This document shows positions 33,245-41,162 of a DNA stretch of 64,000 bases, piece after piece. The stretch is from positions 2,416-66,415 of the forward strand of contig DASYTJ010000026.1 in the NCBI GenBank assembly GCA_036002325.1. The letters are read 5' to 3'. The notes under the pieces are model-generated. The model worked only from the letters and a program-made list of their open reading frames with translations, ran no database searches and was not told the DNA's origin. Made by a program: the position numbers and the translations under genes. The first letter of the stretch is position 1. The number at the start of each line of letters is the position of its first letter. The DNA comes from Thermoanaerobaculia bacterium. Lineage in GTDB: Bacteria; Acidobacteriota; Thermoanaerobaculia; Multivoradales; UBA5704.

Positions 33245-34600
33245 ATGAGACGAACTGCAATGTTGGCCCTGCTGGCGGCGGTCGTCGCCGGCGCGGCTTA
33301 TGGCCAGGCTGATCCCTACGGCGGTCCGCCCGGCAGCCGGGATCCGAACGACGACTACTGGCGCCAACCGGCCGATGCCTACGATCGTCAGCCGGACTAT
33401 GACTATGTCCGCGACGAGGCTCCGGCCGTCGATGTCGGCTTTTTCTACGACGAGCTGTCTCCCTACGGCGAGTGGGTGAGGCACCCCCAGTACGGCTGGG
33501 CGTGGTTCCCCCGCCACATCCACGCGGGATGGCGTCCGTACTCTCTCGGCCGCTGGGTGGAGAGCGACTACGGCTGGACGTGGGTTTCCGATGAACCGTT
33601 CGGCTGGGCGACCTACCACTACGGTCGCTGGGCCTGGGACCGCCAGATCGGCTGGTTGTGGGTGCCCGGCACCGACTGGGGACCGGCGTGGGTGGCATGG
33701 CAGCAGGGCAACGGCTACGTCGGCTGGGCGCCGCTGCCGCCGACGGTCGGCTTCGAGATCGGAGTCGGCATCCGGCTCGGCGGCTTCAACCTCAGGCTCG
33801 GGATCGCACCGCGCGATTACGCCTTCGTCGAGGAGCGTCGATTCCTCGATTCCCGCATCAATGACTACGTCGTGCCGGCGGCACGCAACGTCACGATCAT
33901 CAACAACACCACGAACATCACCAACTACACCGTCGTCAACGACCGGGTGATCAACCACGGCGTGCCGATCGAGCGCATCGAGCGGGCGGCCGGCAGGAGA
34001 GCAACGCGTTTCCGCGTCGCCACCGCGCCCACCCCGCGCGGCGCGGGCGTGCAACGCGACGTGATCACCATCTACCGGCCGCGGGAAAGCAAGCTGGAGA
34101 CAGTCAGGGTCGCACGGCGCAACAACGCCGGCCTGCCGCAGGCGGCGCCACGGCCGAACCGGTCCGAAGGGCAGTCTCCGACCGCCTGGATCGCTCCGGT
34201 CCCCCCTATTCCGGTCGCTCCGCGCACCAAGCCCGCGCCACGGGACAACAACGAGCGCCAGTACCAGCGCGAGCAGAAGGACCTGAAGGCGAGCCAGGAC
34301 AGGGAACGGCGAGACCTGGAACGGACCCACCGGCAGGAGACGGCTCAGGCGCAGGCCAGGCCCAACGCCAACGAGGTAGCGCAGCGCCACCGCGCCGAGC
34401 TGCAGGCGCAGCAGGAGCAGCGCAACAGCGCCGAGAAGCAGTTGCAGACCCGCCAGCGGATCGAGCGCAAAGCCGCGCAGGCGAGCGCGGCCGAGCTCCG
34501 GCGGGCGAAGCCGGCGGCAGAGCCGGGCAGACCCAAGAAGGAGAACGACAAGGAGAAGGAGAAGAAGGACGACGACCAGCAGCACCCGCGACCGTTCTGA
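33245..34600 (+). CDS. Secreted Trp/Tyr/Gly-rich repeat protein with a highly charged Gln/Arg/Glu C-terminal tail
   Basis: ATG 33245. Signal MRRTAMLALLAAVVAGAAYG. Aromatic repeats (YGEWVRHPQYGWAWFP, GWTWVSDEPFGWATYHYGRWAWD, GWLWVPGTDWGPAWVAW). The track ORF starts at 33182. Confidence 0.75.
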   Translation: MRRTAMLALLAAVVAGAAYGQADPYGGPPGSRDPNDDYWRQPADAYDRQPDYDYVRDEAPAVDVGFFYDELSPYGEWVRHPQYGWAWFPRHIHAGWRPYSLGRWVESDYGWTWVSDEPFGWATYHYGRWAWDRQIGWLWVPGTDWGPAWVAWQQGNGYVGWAPLPPTVGFEIGVGIRLGGFNLRLGIAPRDYAFVEERRFLDSRINDYVVPAARNVTIINNTTNITNYTVVNDRVINHGVPIERIERAAGRRATRFRVATAPTPRGAGVQRDVITIYRPRESKLETVRVARRNNAGLPQAAPRPNRSEGQSPTAWIAPVPPIPVAPRTKPAPRDNNERQYQREQKDLKASQDRERRDLERTHRQETAQAQARPNANEVAQRHRAELQAQQEQRNSAEKQLQTRQRIERKAAQASAAELRRAKPAAEPGRPKKENDKEKEKKDDDQQHPRPF

Positions 34601-34803
34601 TTCGGTTCAGCGGCGGGCCGGGCGTGGCGAGGCGTCGCCGCGCTCGGGGCGTACCCAGGAGGCTGCAGGGAAACGGCGGGAGTACACGCAATGCGGCTCG
34701 TCGGAGCGATGTGCTTTCTGGCGGTGGCGAGTTTGGGAGCGCGGGCGGATGCCGAGGAGATGGCACCGGGAACCCCGATTGTGTCGGTGCGTATCGAGCG
34801 ACC

Positions 34804-34858
34804 GGGTAGTTCCTACCTAGCTCCGGTTCCCCTCTCGGGTAGAAAGTGCGCTTCCCGG
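34804..34858 (+). promoter_or_regulatory. Conserved bipartite upstream motif, copy C (faces the 29-aa membrane peptide gene)
   Basis: GGGTAGTTCCTACCTAG-N16-CGGGTAGAAAGTGCGCTTCCCGG. It ends 56 nt before ATG 34915. Confidence 0.6.
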
Positions 34859-34914
34859 ATGAGGTGCCGCAGGACTAATCTCGAGATGGTAGGTCCTGAA
34901 AGGAGAGGAGAATT

Positions 34915-35004
34915 ATGAGCACCACCACGTTGATCATCGTGGTCGTCGTATTGGTCCTTCTCTTTGGTGGCGGTGGCGGCTACTACTGGCGCAGACGGCG
35001 CTGA
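34915..35004 (+). CDS. 29-aa single-pass membrane peptide (not in the ORF track)
   Basis: AAGGAGAGGAG upstream of ATG 34915. MSTTTLIIVVVVLVLLFGGGGGYYWRRRR, then TGA 35002-35004. Preceded by motif copy C. Confidence 0.55.
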   Translation: MSTTTLIIVVVVLVLLFGGGGGYYWRRRR

Positions 35005-35283
35005 ACAGCTTCCTTCCTGGTCAACAGGCGCCGATGAGGACTCAGAATCGTGCTCTTGGCGATTTTGCGTCCGACGGGTCCAGTGACCATGGTGGGCGCC
35101 GGTGGTAATACGATCGGGGGATGCGCCGCAGGCGTGGCGGCGGCGGCCATTCCGGCGCTCGATGTGATCGGAATGACGCTTCTCATCGGCCTGATCGCCG
35201 GGGCCGGACTGTTTGTCATGAGGTTCTCCGCCTAGATTCTTGGCGGAGCTTGATCATCGCCTGCCAGGTAGGTGCGCGGTGGG

Positions 35284-36297
35284 TCACGACTCAGCCAGCT
35301 GCACCAGCTGCTTTCCTTGGTTTTTCCCCTGCAGCATTGCGATGAAGGCCTGCGGCGCGGCTTCGATGCCTTGGGCGACGTCCTCCCGGTACTTCAGCTT
35401 CCCCTGCTTCAGCCACCTGGCCAGTTGCTCGCGGCCCTCGGGGAACCGCTCGGCATAGCTAGAGACCAGGAAGCCCTGCACCTTCGCCTGCTTGACGATC
35501 AACTGACCCAGCCAGCGCGGCCCCACCTCGGGCTCCTCCAGGTTGGACTGCGAAATCTGTCCGCAGACGGAGATCCGCGCCCCGGCGTTGATCCATCGCA
35601 CGATTGCATCGGTGATCGCCCCGCCTACGTTGTCGAAATAGACGTCGATGCCGTCGGGGCAGAGCTCCGCGAGCTTGGTGTGGAAATCCACGGCGGTCTT
35701 GTAATTGAATGCCGCGTCGAAACCGAGCTCGTCGAGCAACCACGAGATCTTGGCGTCGGCGCCTGCCACTCCCACGACGCGGCACCCCTTGATCTTCGCG
35801 ATCTGGCCGACGAGCATCCCGACCGCTCCTGTAGCCCCGGACACCACGACGGTCTCCCCAGGTTGCGGGTCGCAGATATCGAGCAGGCCGAAATACGCCG
35901 TGAGACCCGGCATGCCCAGCACTCCGAGAGCCGTCGAGATCGGTGCGAGGCTGGGGTCGATTCTCCTCAGCTCGCGCCCCTGGGCGACGGCGTACTCCTG
36001 CCATCCCAACATCCCCTCGACCGTATCGCCGGCTCGCAGCTCCGGATCTGCGGACTCCACCACGAAGGCGACCGCTCCGCCGATCATGACTTCCCCGATG
36101 GCAACCGGCCGGGCAGAGGAGCCGGCATCACTCATCCGCCCTCGCATGTAGGGATCGAGCGACAAGTAGACCGATCGAACCAGCACTTCGCCTGCGGCAG
36201 GTGAAGGCAACGGAGAGTAGACCAGATGGAAGTCCGACACCTTGGGAAAACCCACCGGCCGCGAAGCGAGGGTGATCCGCCTGTTCACTGTTGCCAT
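35284..36297 (-). CDS. NADP-dependent oxidoreductase of the MDR superfamily (PTGR1/YncB/CurA-like alkenal/enone reductase)
   Basis: 337 aa. N-terminus FHLVYSPLPSPAAGEVLVRSVYLSLDPYMRG. Nucleotide-binding motif GETVVVSGATGAVGMLVGQIAKIKGCRVVG. Confidence 0.85.
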   Translation of the reverse strand: MATVNRRITLASRPVGFPKVSDFHLVYSPLPSPAAGEVLVRSVYLSLDPYMRGRMSDAGSSARPVAIGEVMIGGAVAFVVESADPELRAGDTVEGMLGWQEYAVAQGRELRRIDPSLAPISTALGVLGMPGLTAYFGLLDICDPQPGETVVVSGATGAVGMLVGQIAKIKGCRVVGVAGADAKISWLLDELGFDAAFNYKTAVDFHTKLAELCPDGIDVYFDNVGGAITDAIVRWINAGARISVCGQISQSNLEEPEVGPRWLGQLIVKQAKVQGFLVSSYAERFPEGREQLARWLKQGKLKYREDVAQGIEAAPQAFIAMLQGKNQGKQLVQLAES

Positions 36298-36424
36298 GCG
36301 ATTCGACCGGCCTGCGTCTGCGGGCGGCTACTCCTTCTTCTTCACAACGAGCAGAACCCCGCCGACCACGATCGCACCGACGCCGGCCCACACCGGGATG
36401 TTGACCGTTTCCTTGTCCTGCGGC

Positions 36425-38806
36425 TCATGGCGTCTTGACGCTCGGCGGGGCTGCTGGGGGCTGTGTGGGGCCGGCTGGACGAATCACTATCTCGCCGTTC
36501 GGTGATTCCATGAGCGGCGCGTCGGGGCCCGGCACCGGCCGCTCAGCGCGTCTCGCCTCCGCCTGCATCGCCAGATACTGGTCGATTCCGTGCTCGATCT
36601 CGCGGGGAAAGTGCGGCGCCCGCCCGACGAGTTGGTCCTGGTAGACGCGGAGCATGATCTCGCGGAAGATCGGCAGCGCCGTGCGCCCGCCGGTCTCCCT
36701 CTTCCCCAGCGGGCGATTGTCGTCGAAGCCGATCCGGACCGCCACGGTGATCCCCGTTGTCCCGTAGGTGGACCCCACGAACAGCGCATCGCGGAAGTCG
36801 CTCGTCGTCCCGGTCTTGCCCATCACCGGGATCGGAAAATCGCGGTCGTCGAGGCTGTGGGCGGTGCCGTGACGCAGTCGAACGACGCCCCGGAGCCCCT
36901 CCTGGATGGAGCGCAAGGCCGCGGAGCGGATCGCTCGCGCGCCCCGCGGCGCCTCGTACAGCCCGTCGCCGGAGACGCCGGTCACGCGGTCGATAATGTG
37001 CGGTTCCGCCAGGACGCCCGAGGCGATGGCGCGATAGGCGTCCGCCAATTCCAGCAGCAGGACCTCCGACGCCCCGAGTGCCGTGGACAGGTAGGGTTGC
37101 AGCGGGGTGCGGATCCCCATCTCGTTGGCGGTCTGGATCACGGTGTTGACGCCGATCTCACGCGTGATCCACACGGCCACGGCGTTGCGCGACTCGGCCA
37201 GGGCCTGGCGCAGCGGAATCGAGCCCTTGAACCGGTGGTCGTAATTGGCGATCCACTTGATGCCGCCGTCGCCGACCGGCACGCCGATCGGTTCGTCGGG
37301 GACCTGGGTGTCGAGGCCCATACCCGACTCGAACGCGGCGAGGTACACCAGCGGCTTCATCGCGGAGCCCGGCTGGCGTAGCGAGCCCGTGACGCGGTTG
37401 TAGTCGGAGTAGCGCGTATCGCGATCTCGGTAGACCCGCCGCCCGCCGGCCTCGGCCAGGATCGCCGCGTCCGCATTGCCGAGCACCACCACCGAGCCCT
37501 GGATCAATCCCTTCCCCTTCGGGTGCCGCTTCTCGTACAGGGCTAAACCGTGCTCGAGGGCTTCGTTGACGATCGTCTGCACGCGTGCGTCGACCGTCGA
37601 GTGGACCGAGATCCGCCCCTGGAGCAGGTCTTCGACGCGGTAGCGACTCCCGCCATGCTGGGTCAGCTCTTCGAGGACGTGCTCGATCGCGGCGGGAGCG
37701 TCGGTCTTGATCGGGCTGTGAAGGGCGACGCGGATCGGTTCGCCCTGGCAGCGCTTCGCGAGACTCTCCGGGATGTACCCGTTGCGCGCCATCAGGGCGA
37801 GAATCTGGTTGCGGCGGCCCAGCAGCCGCTGGTTGCCGGGCTCGGGTGAGTAGGCCTGCGGCGACTTGCCGATCGCAGCCAGAAGCGCAGCGTTGCCCGC
37901 ATCGTCCGGCGTATAACTCGACAAGGGTTTGCCAAAGTAGTACTCGGATGCGGCGGCAAAGCCGTAGCGGCCGTTACCCAGGTAGAGGAAGCTGGCGTAG
38001 CGCGCGAAGATCTCGCGCTTGGCCTGGTCCTCCGATCCATACCGCCTGCGCATCTCTTGCTCGAGCCAGAGCGTCAGGCGCACCTCCTCCATTTTTCGCA
38101 GGAGCTTGTTCGTGGCGGAGGCTCCCAGGACCACGGAGAGGAGCCGGGGTGGGGCCAGGCCGGTGTGGAAGAGCGCGTCTCCGTCGGCGCGGCTCGTCAG
38201 GTCCTGCAGAAAGTAGCCGCGAACGAGTTGCTGCGTCAGCGTCGAGCCCCCCTGCGGCAGGAGCAGCCGCAACCCGTGACCGCCCTTCCGCCATACAGCC
38301 AGCGAGCGGACCGCCGCCTTCTGGGCCACCCGTGGCAGGGCACGGTAGTCCACACCGGAATGGGTGAAGAAGCTCTTGTCCTCGGCCGCCAGGATCGCCT
38401 GGCGCAGGATGAGCGGCACCTCGTCGTAGGTCACGACCCGCCGGTACTCGCGCGCCAGCTCGATCAGCACCTTGCCGTGAACGTCGCGGACGGCGCCGGT
38501 GGTGGGGAGCTCGAACCGGATGAACGGCTCGAGGTCGGGCACGCCGGCGCGTTCGAAGTAGACGTGGTGGAGCAGCCCCGCCGCCGGGGACAGGAGCAGC
38601 GCGACGAAAAGGAGCGGCGCCACGGGAAGGAGCGCCACGCCGAGGAGCACGGCACGGCGCCGCGTGGCTTTCAGCCGTGCGGCCAAGCGCCGGGCGACGC
38701 GCAAATGCGCCAAGAGGGCCCGCTGCCGCTCGCGAATTGTGTCGAGTGGCCTCGCCGGGTCCATTTCCACCAGAGAGCCTGCTGCTATAACGATTCTTCG
38801 GTTCAT
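36425..38806 (-). CDS. Class A (PBP1A-family) bifunctional penicillin-binding protein
   Basis: ATG 38806 (MNRRIVIAAGS). GT51 motifs EDKSFFTHSGVD and GGSTLTQQLV. Transpeptidase motifs SAMKP (SxxK), SRN and KTGTT. The track ORF start 38872 lies inside the upstream motif. Confidence 0.9.
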   Translation of the reverse strand: MNRRIVIAAGSLVEMDPARPLDTIRERQRALLAHLRVARRLAARLKATRRRAVLLGVALLPVAPLLFVALLLSPAAGLLHHVYFERAGVPDLEPFIRFELPTTGAVRDVHGKVLIELAREYRRVVTYDEVPLILRQAILAAEDKSFFTHSGVDYRALPRVAQKAAVRSLAVWRKGGHGLRLLLPQGGSTLTQQLVRGYFLQDLTSRADGDALFHTGLAPPRLLSVVLGASATNKLLRKMEEVRLTLWLEQEMRRRYGSEDQAKREIFARYASFLYLGNGRYGFAAASEYYFGKPLSSYTPDDAGNAALLAAIGKSPQAYSPEPGNQRLLGRRNQILALMARNGYIPESLAKRCQGEPIRVALHSPIKTDAPAAIEHVLEELTQHGGSRYRVEDLLQGRISVHSTVDARVQTIVNEALEHGLALYEKRHPKGKGLIQGSVVVLGNADAAILAEAGGRRVYRDRDTRYSDYNRVTGSLRQPGSAMKPLVYLAAFESGMGLDTQVPDEPIGVPVGDGGIKWIANYDHRFKGSIPLRQALAESRNAVAVWITREIGVNTVIQTANEMGIRTPLQPYLSTALGASEVLLLELADAYRAIASGVLAEPHIIDRVTGVSGDGLYEAPRGARAIRSAALRSIQEGLRGVVRLRHGTAHSLDDRDFPIPVMGKTGTTSDFRDALFVGSTYGTTGITVAVRIGFDDNRPLGKRETGGRTALPIFREIMLRVYQDQLVGRAPHFPREIEHGIDQYLAMQAEARRAERPVPGPDAPLMESPNGEIVIRPAGPTQPPAAPPSVKTP

Positions 38807-38861
38807 GGAGGTACCGTTCTTTCTCGAACGTGCCTCCAATCTAGTCTTCGGATTCCCAACA

Positions 38862-38914
38862 GGGAAGCGCATTTACTACCCGGGAGCAGGAGCACGACGT
38901 GGGTAGAAACCACC
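38862..38914 (-). promoter_or_regulatory. Conserved bipartite upstream motif, copy D (faces the PBP1A gene)
   Basis: Minus-strand reading GGTGGTTTCTACCCAC-N16-CGGGTAGTAAATGCGCTTCCC. It ends 55 nt before ATG 38806. Confidence 0.6.
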
Positions 38915-38986
38915 CTGCCGGCGCGGCTAGGAGCTCCCAGGGCGAACGCTCCCGCTCCTTGCCGAGCGGCGCCCGAGGAGTCTGGC

Positions 38987-39022
38987 AAAAAAGCGCCCTC
39001 ACCTGAGGTTGGAAGCCGGCGC
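38987..39022 (-). terminator. Possible intrinsic terminator of the upstream minus-strand membrane-protein gene
   Basis: Minus-strand reading GCGCCGGCTTCCAACCTCAGGTGAGGGCGC followed by TTTTTT. A T6 run is rare in this sequence. The stem is imperfect. Confidence 0.35.
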
Positions 39023-39235
39023 CGCCCCCCCCCGAGTTGGGGAACAGCCCCCCCGAGTTGGGGGAGGGCCATACCTACTCGGGGGAGGCATCCCCCAATT
39101 CGAGGCGGTCTCCCCCGCTTTGGTACCGAGGCCAGCATGGTCCCCCGGCCGGAGGCCAGGGCTCCCCCGCGCGACGGAAAACCCGCCGGCGCAGACGACG
39201 CTGCGCGCTTCAACAACGGCCGGACCGGAATCCGC

Positions 39236-41038
39236 TCAGAAACCTTCGCCGGTAAAGTCGAGGAAGACTCCGAGATCCCGCGGATCGCCACTCTTGGGAT
39301 CGCGGCGAGCGGGCACGAAGCCGCCGGTGGTCTCCAGCGTGAAACGGTAGAAGAAGTCGCGGGGGAAGAACCCCAGGTTCCGCGCCACGGGCTCAACGGC
39401 CAGATCAGCCGGAGTGCCATTGCGTTTCCCTTCGCTGTCGAAACGGACGCGCAGGCGGTCCACGCCGCTGTCGAGGACCAGCTCGTTGTCCGCCGAAAGG
39501 GAGTAGACGAGGAGCTCCAGCCGCGGCAGCGGAGCCGGCGAGACGACGATCACCTCGGAGCGCGTCGAGCCGCGCACCCAGACGCCGTGCGGGTGACGCT
39601 CTTCGGCGAAGAAGCTGCGGCGCGGCACGATCCAGACGGCGTTGCCCCAGGTCTGGGTGTAGTAGCCGGGGAGCCGGTTGCCCGGGAGCAGGGTCAGCTC
39701 GAGCGGCAGCCGCTGGAAGGCGGGAGCGTCGGCGTAGACCGCCTCGGGGGCGAGACGCGGCAGGGAGCCGGCGACGGCCAGCACCGTCCAGAGTGCGGCG
39801 GCGGCGAAGGGGAGCACGAGGCTGCGGCGGACGGCGATGCGGCCGGGCAGGAAGAGGAACGCCGGGTAGATCGCCGCCAAGTAGCGGCTGCCGAGAAAAC
39901 CGGCGGCGCCGGCGAAGTCGTGCGGGTGGGCGAGCAGAACCGCCAGGACGTACACCCCCAAAGCTCCGAGCAGAAGGTGCCGGGAACGATCTTTGGGACT
40001 CGCGACGTAAAGACCGAGAGCGAAGAGCGCGAACGGGAAATAAGGGAGGAGCCCGGTGAAGCGGCCGGCGAAGATGTAGCCGAGATTCCGGGGCAGCAGC
40101 TTCAGGCCGGCGGCGAGATCCGAGGACGTGCCGGCGGCGGTCTCCGCCCCGTATCCCTGCCAGAGATCGCGCGGACTTTCGAGAGGGAACTCGGCCTCGA
40201 AGGTGCGGCGCTGCGCTCCTCCGTAGGCGCTCCACTCATGCGTGCCCACCCGCTGCAGCAGCGCGAGGCCGCCAATTGCCAGAAGGGCGCCGGTGACGAT
40301 GGCCAGCGCGCCGCGCCACCGGCGGCGCGCTGCGAGGTCGACGAGGATCGGCAGGCCGAGCAAAGCGAGGAGCGGACTCGACATCGACGCGGCGCCAAGA
40401 AGGACGCCCGCGCCGGCGAACGCCGCCAGATGACTCCGCCGCCACTCCGGGCGCTTGCGCAGGGCCTGCCACGCCAGGAGCGGGAAGAAGCCGCAGGCCA
40501 TGAGGAAGACTTCGGGTTCCAGCCGGAACGCGCACGCGAAGGCGGCCGACGCGAAGAAGAAGCCGCAGACGAAGAGGGTGGCGAGTCCGGTCTCGCGGCG
40601 CCAGAACCATAGTGCCGCGCCGGTCATGGCGAGGAACAGAGCCATGTTGAAGACGGCGATCCCGCGCAGACCCATAAGGGCATAGAACGGCAGCGCCGCC
40701 AGCGGATAGGCCAGGGGCCGGCCGTAACGCAGGGTCTTGCCGCCGTCGTCGGTGAACAGGGTCAGACCGGCGGGACCGCCATCCCAGATGCGATTGGCCC
40801 GTTCGAGGTCGGCCTCGCGGTAGGCGAGGTCGTGATCGTGCCAGAGGCTCTGGATCATCATCACCGAGGTGGCCTCGTCGCCGGCGGGGAGCGGCGAGCG
40901 GACGCCGGCGAGGGATGCCGCGAGGCCGAGCAGCAGGAGCGCCGGGCAGAGGACGGAGAGGGCTCGCGGGCGCATTGGGGGGAGGGAAGGGTTGCGGAGT
41001 CGGCGTAACGATACACTCGTTGTTCGTGTCTTGCCCAT
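39236..41038 (-). CDS. Polytopic membrane protein with a C-terminal soluble domain, GT-C (ArnT/PMT-like) glycosyltransferase candidate
   Basis: About 12 predicted TM helices. The first extracytoplasmic loop has Asp-rich SLWHDHDLAYREADLE. Lies in a glycosyltransferase cluster. An alternative start is ATG 40975. Confidence 0.6.
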   Translation of the reverse strand: MGKTRTTSVSLRRLRNPSLPPMRPRALSVLCPALLLLGLAASLAGVRSPLPAGDEATSVMMIQSLWHDHDLAYREADLERANRIWDGGPAGLTLFTDDGGKTLRYGRPLAYPLAALPFYALMGLRGIAVFNMALFLAMTGAALWFWRRETGLATLFVCGFFFASAAFACAFRLEPEVFLMACGFFPLLAWQALRKRPEWRRSHLAAFAGAGVLLGAASMSSPLLALLGLPILVDLAARRRWRGALAIVTGALLAIGGLALLQRVGTHEWSAYGGAQRRTFEAEFPLESPRDLWQGYGAETAAGTSSDLAAGLKLLPRNLGYIFAGRFTGLLPYFPFALFALGLYVASPKDRSRHLLLGALGVYVLAVLLAHPHDFAGAAGFLGSRYLAAIYPAFLFLPGRIAVRRSLVLPFAAAALWTVLAVAGSLPRLAPEAVYADAPAFQRLPLELTLLPGNRLPGYYTQTWGNAVWIVPRRSFFAEERHPHGVWVRGSTRSEVIVVSPAPLPRLELLVYSLSADNELVLDSGVDRLRVRFDSEGKRNGTPADLAVEPVARNLGFFPRDFFYRFTLETTGGFVPARRDPKSGDPRDLGVFLDFTGEGF

Positions 41039-41040
41039 CT

Positions 41041-41145
41041 CCTCGCCCGGCGCTTCCGCACCGGGCTATCGAGACGTCGCCCAGAGGGCGATTCGCTTCA
41101 GAGAAGCGACGTTTCGGTAGCCCGGTGCGGAAGCGCCGGGCGAGG
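41041..41145 (+). ncRNA. 105-nt hairpin (40-bp stem) in the leader of the GT4 gene at 41163
   Basis: Arms 41041-41080 and 41106-41145 are complementary at 38 of 40 positions. Both exceptions are G-U pairs only in the plus-strand transcript. The hairpin ends 2 nt before the AGGAGGG Shine-Dalgarno sequence. Confidence 0.5.
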
Positions 41146-41162
41146 AGAGGAGGGCCGGGGAG

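Noticed and set aside
34691-34918. A 75-aa ORF starting with a signal-peptide-like MRLVGAMCFLAVASLGARA.
   Set aside because: Its second half is occupied by the conserved bipartite DNA motif (copy C) and the leader of the 29-aa peptide gene. There is no ribosome-binding site. The signal-like start is probably fortuitous.
35050-35235. A 61-aa ORF (possible small membrane protein ..IPALDVIGMTLLIGLIAGAGLFVMRFSA) downstream of the 29-aa peptide gene.
   Set aside because: Codon usage is compatible with coding. However, there is no convincing ribosome-binding site, no family resemblance and an ambiguous start. Support is insufficient to list it as a feature.
36322-36387. A 21-codon ORF (GTG..MWAGVGAIVVGGVLLVVKKKE) just downstream of the PBP1A stop, with AAGGAA 13 nt upstream.
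   Set aside because: It is very short, the spacing to the putative Shine-Dalgarno sequence is long, and it could equally be the remnant of a C-terminal anchor in another frame. It cannot be supported without conservation or ribosome-profiling data.
32738-38914. Reading the shared stress motif as a classical sigma-B/sigma-F-type promoter (GTTT-N14-17-GGGTA).
   Set aside because: A GGGTAG block is present, but the conserved GTTTCT block lies about 23 nt upstream of it in every copy. That is too far for a standard -35/-10 pair. The idea is kept only as one of several possibilities. An RNA-stem interpretation was also rejected because the two arms vary without compensatory changes.
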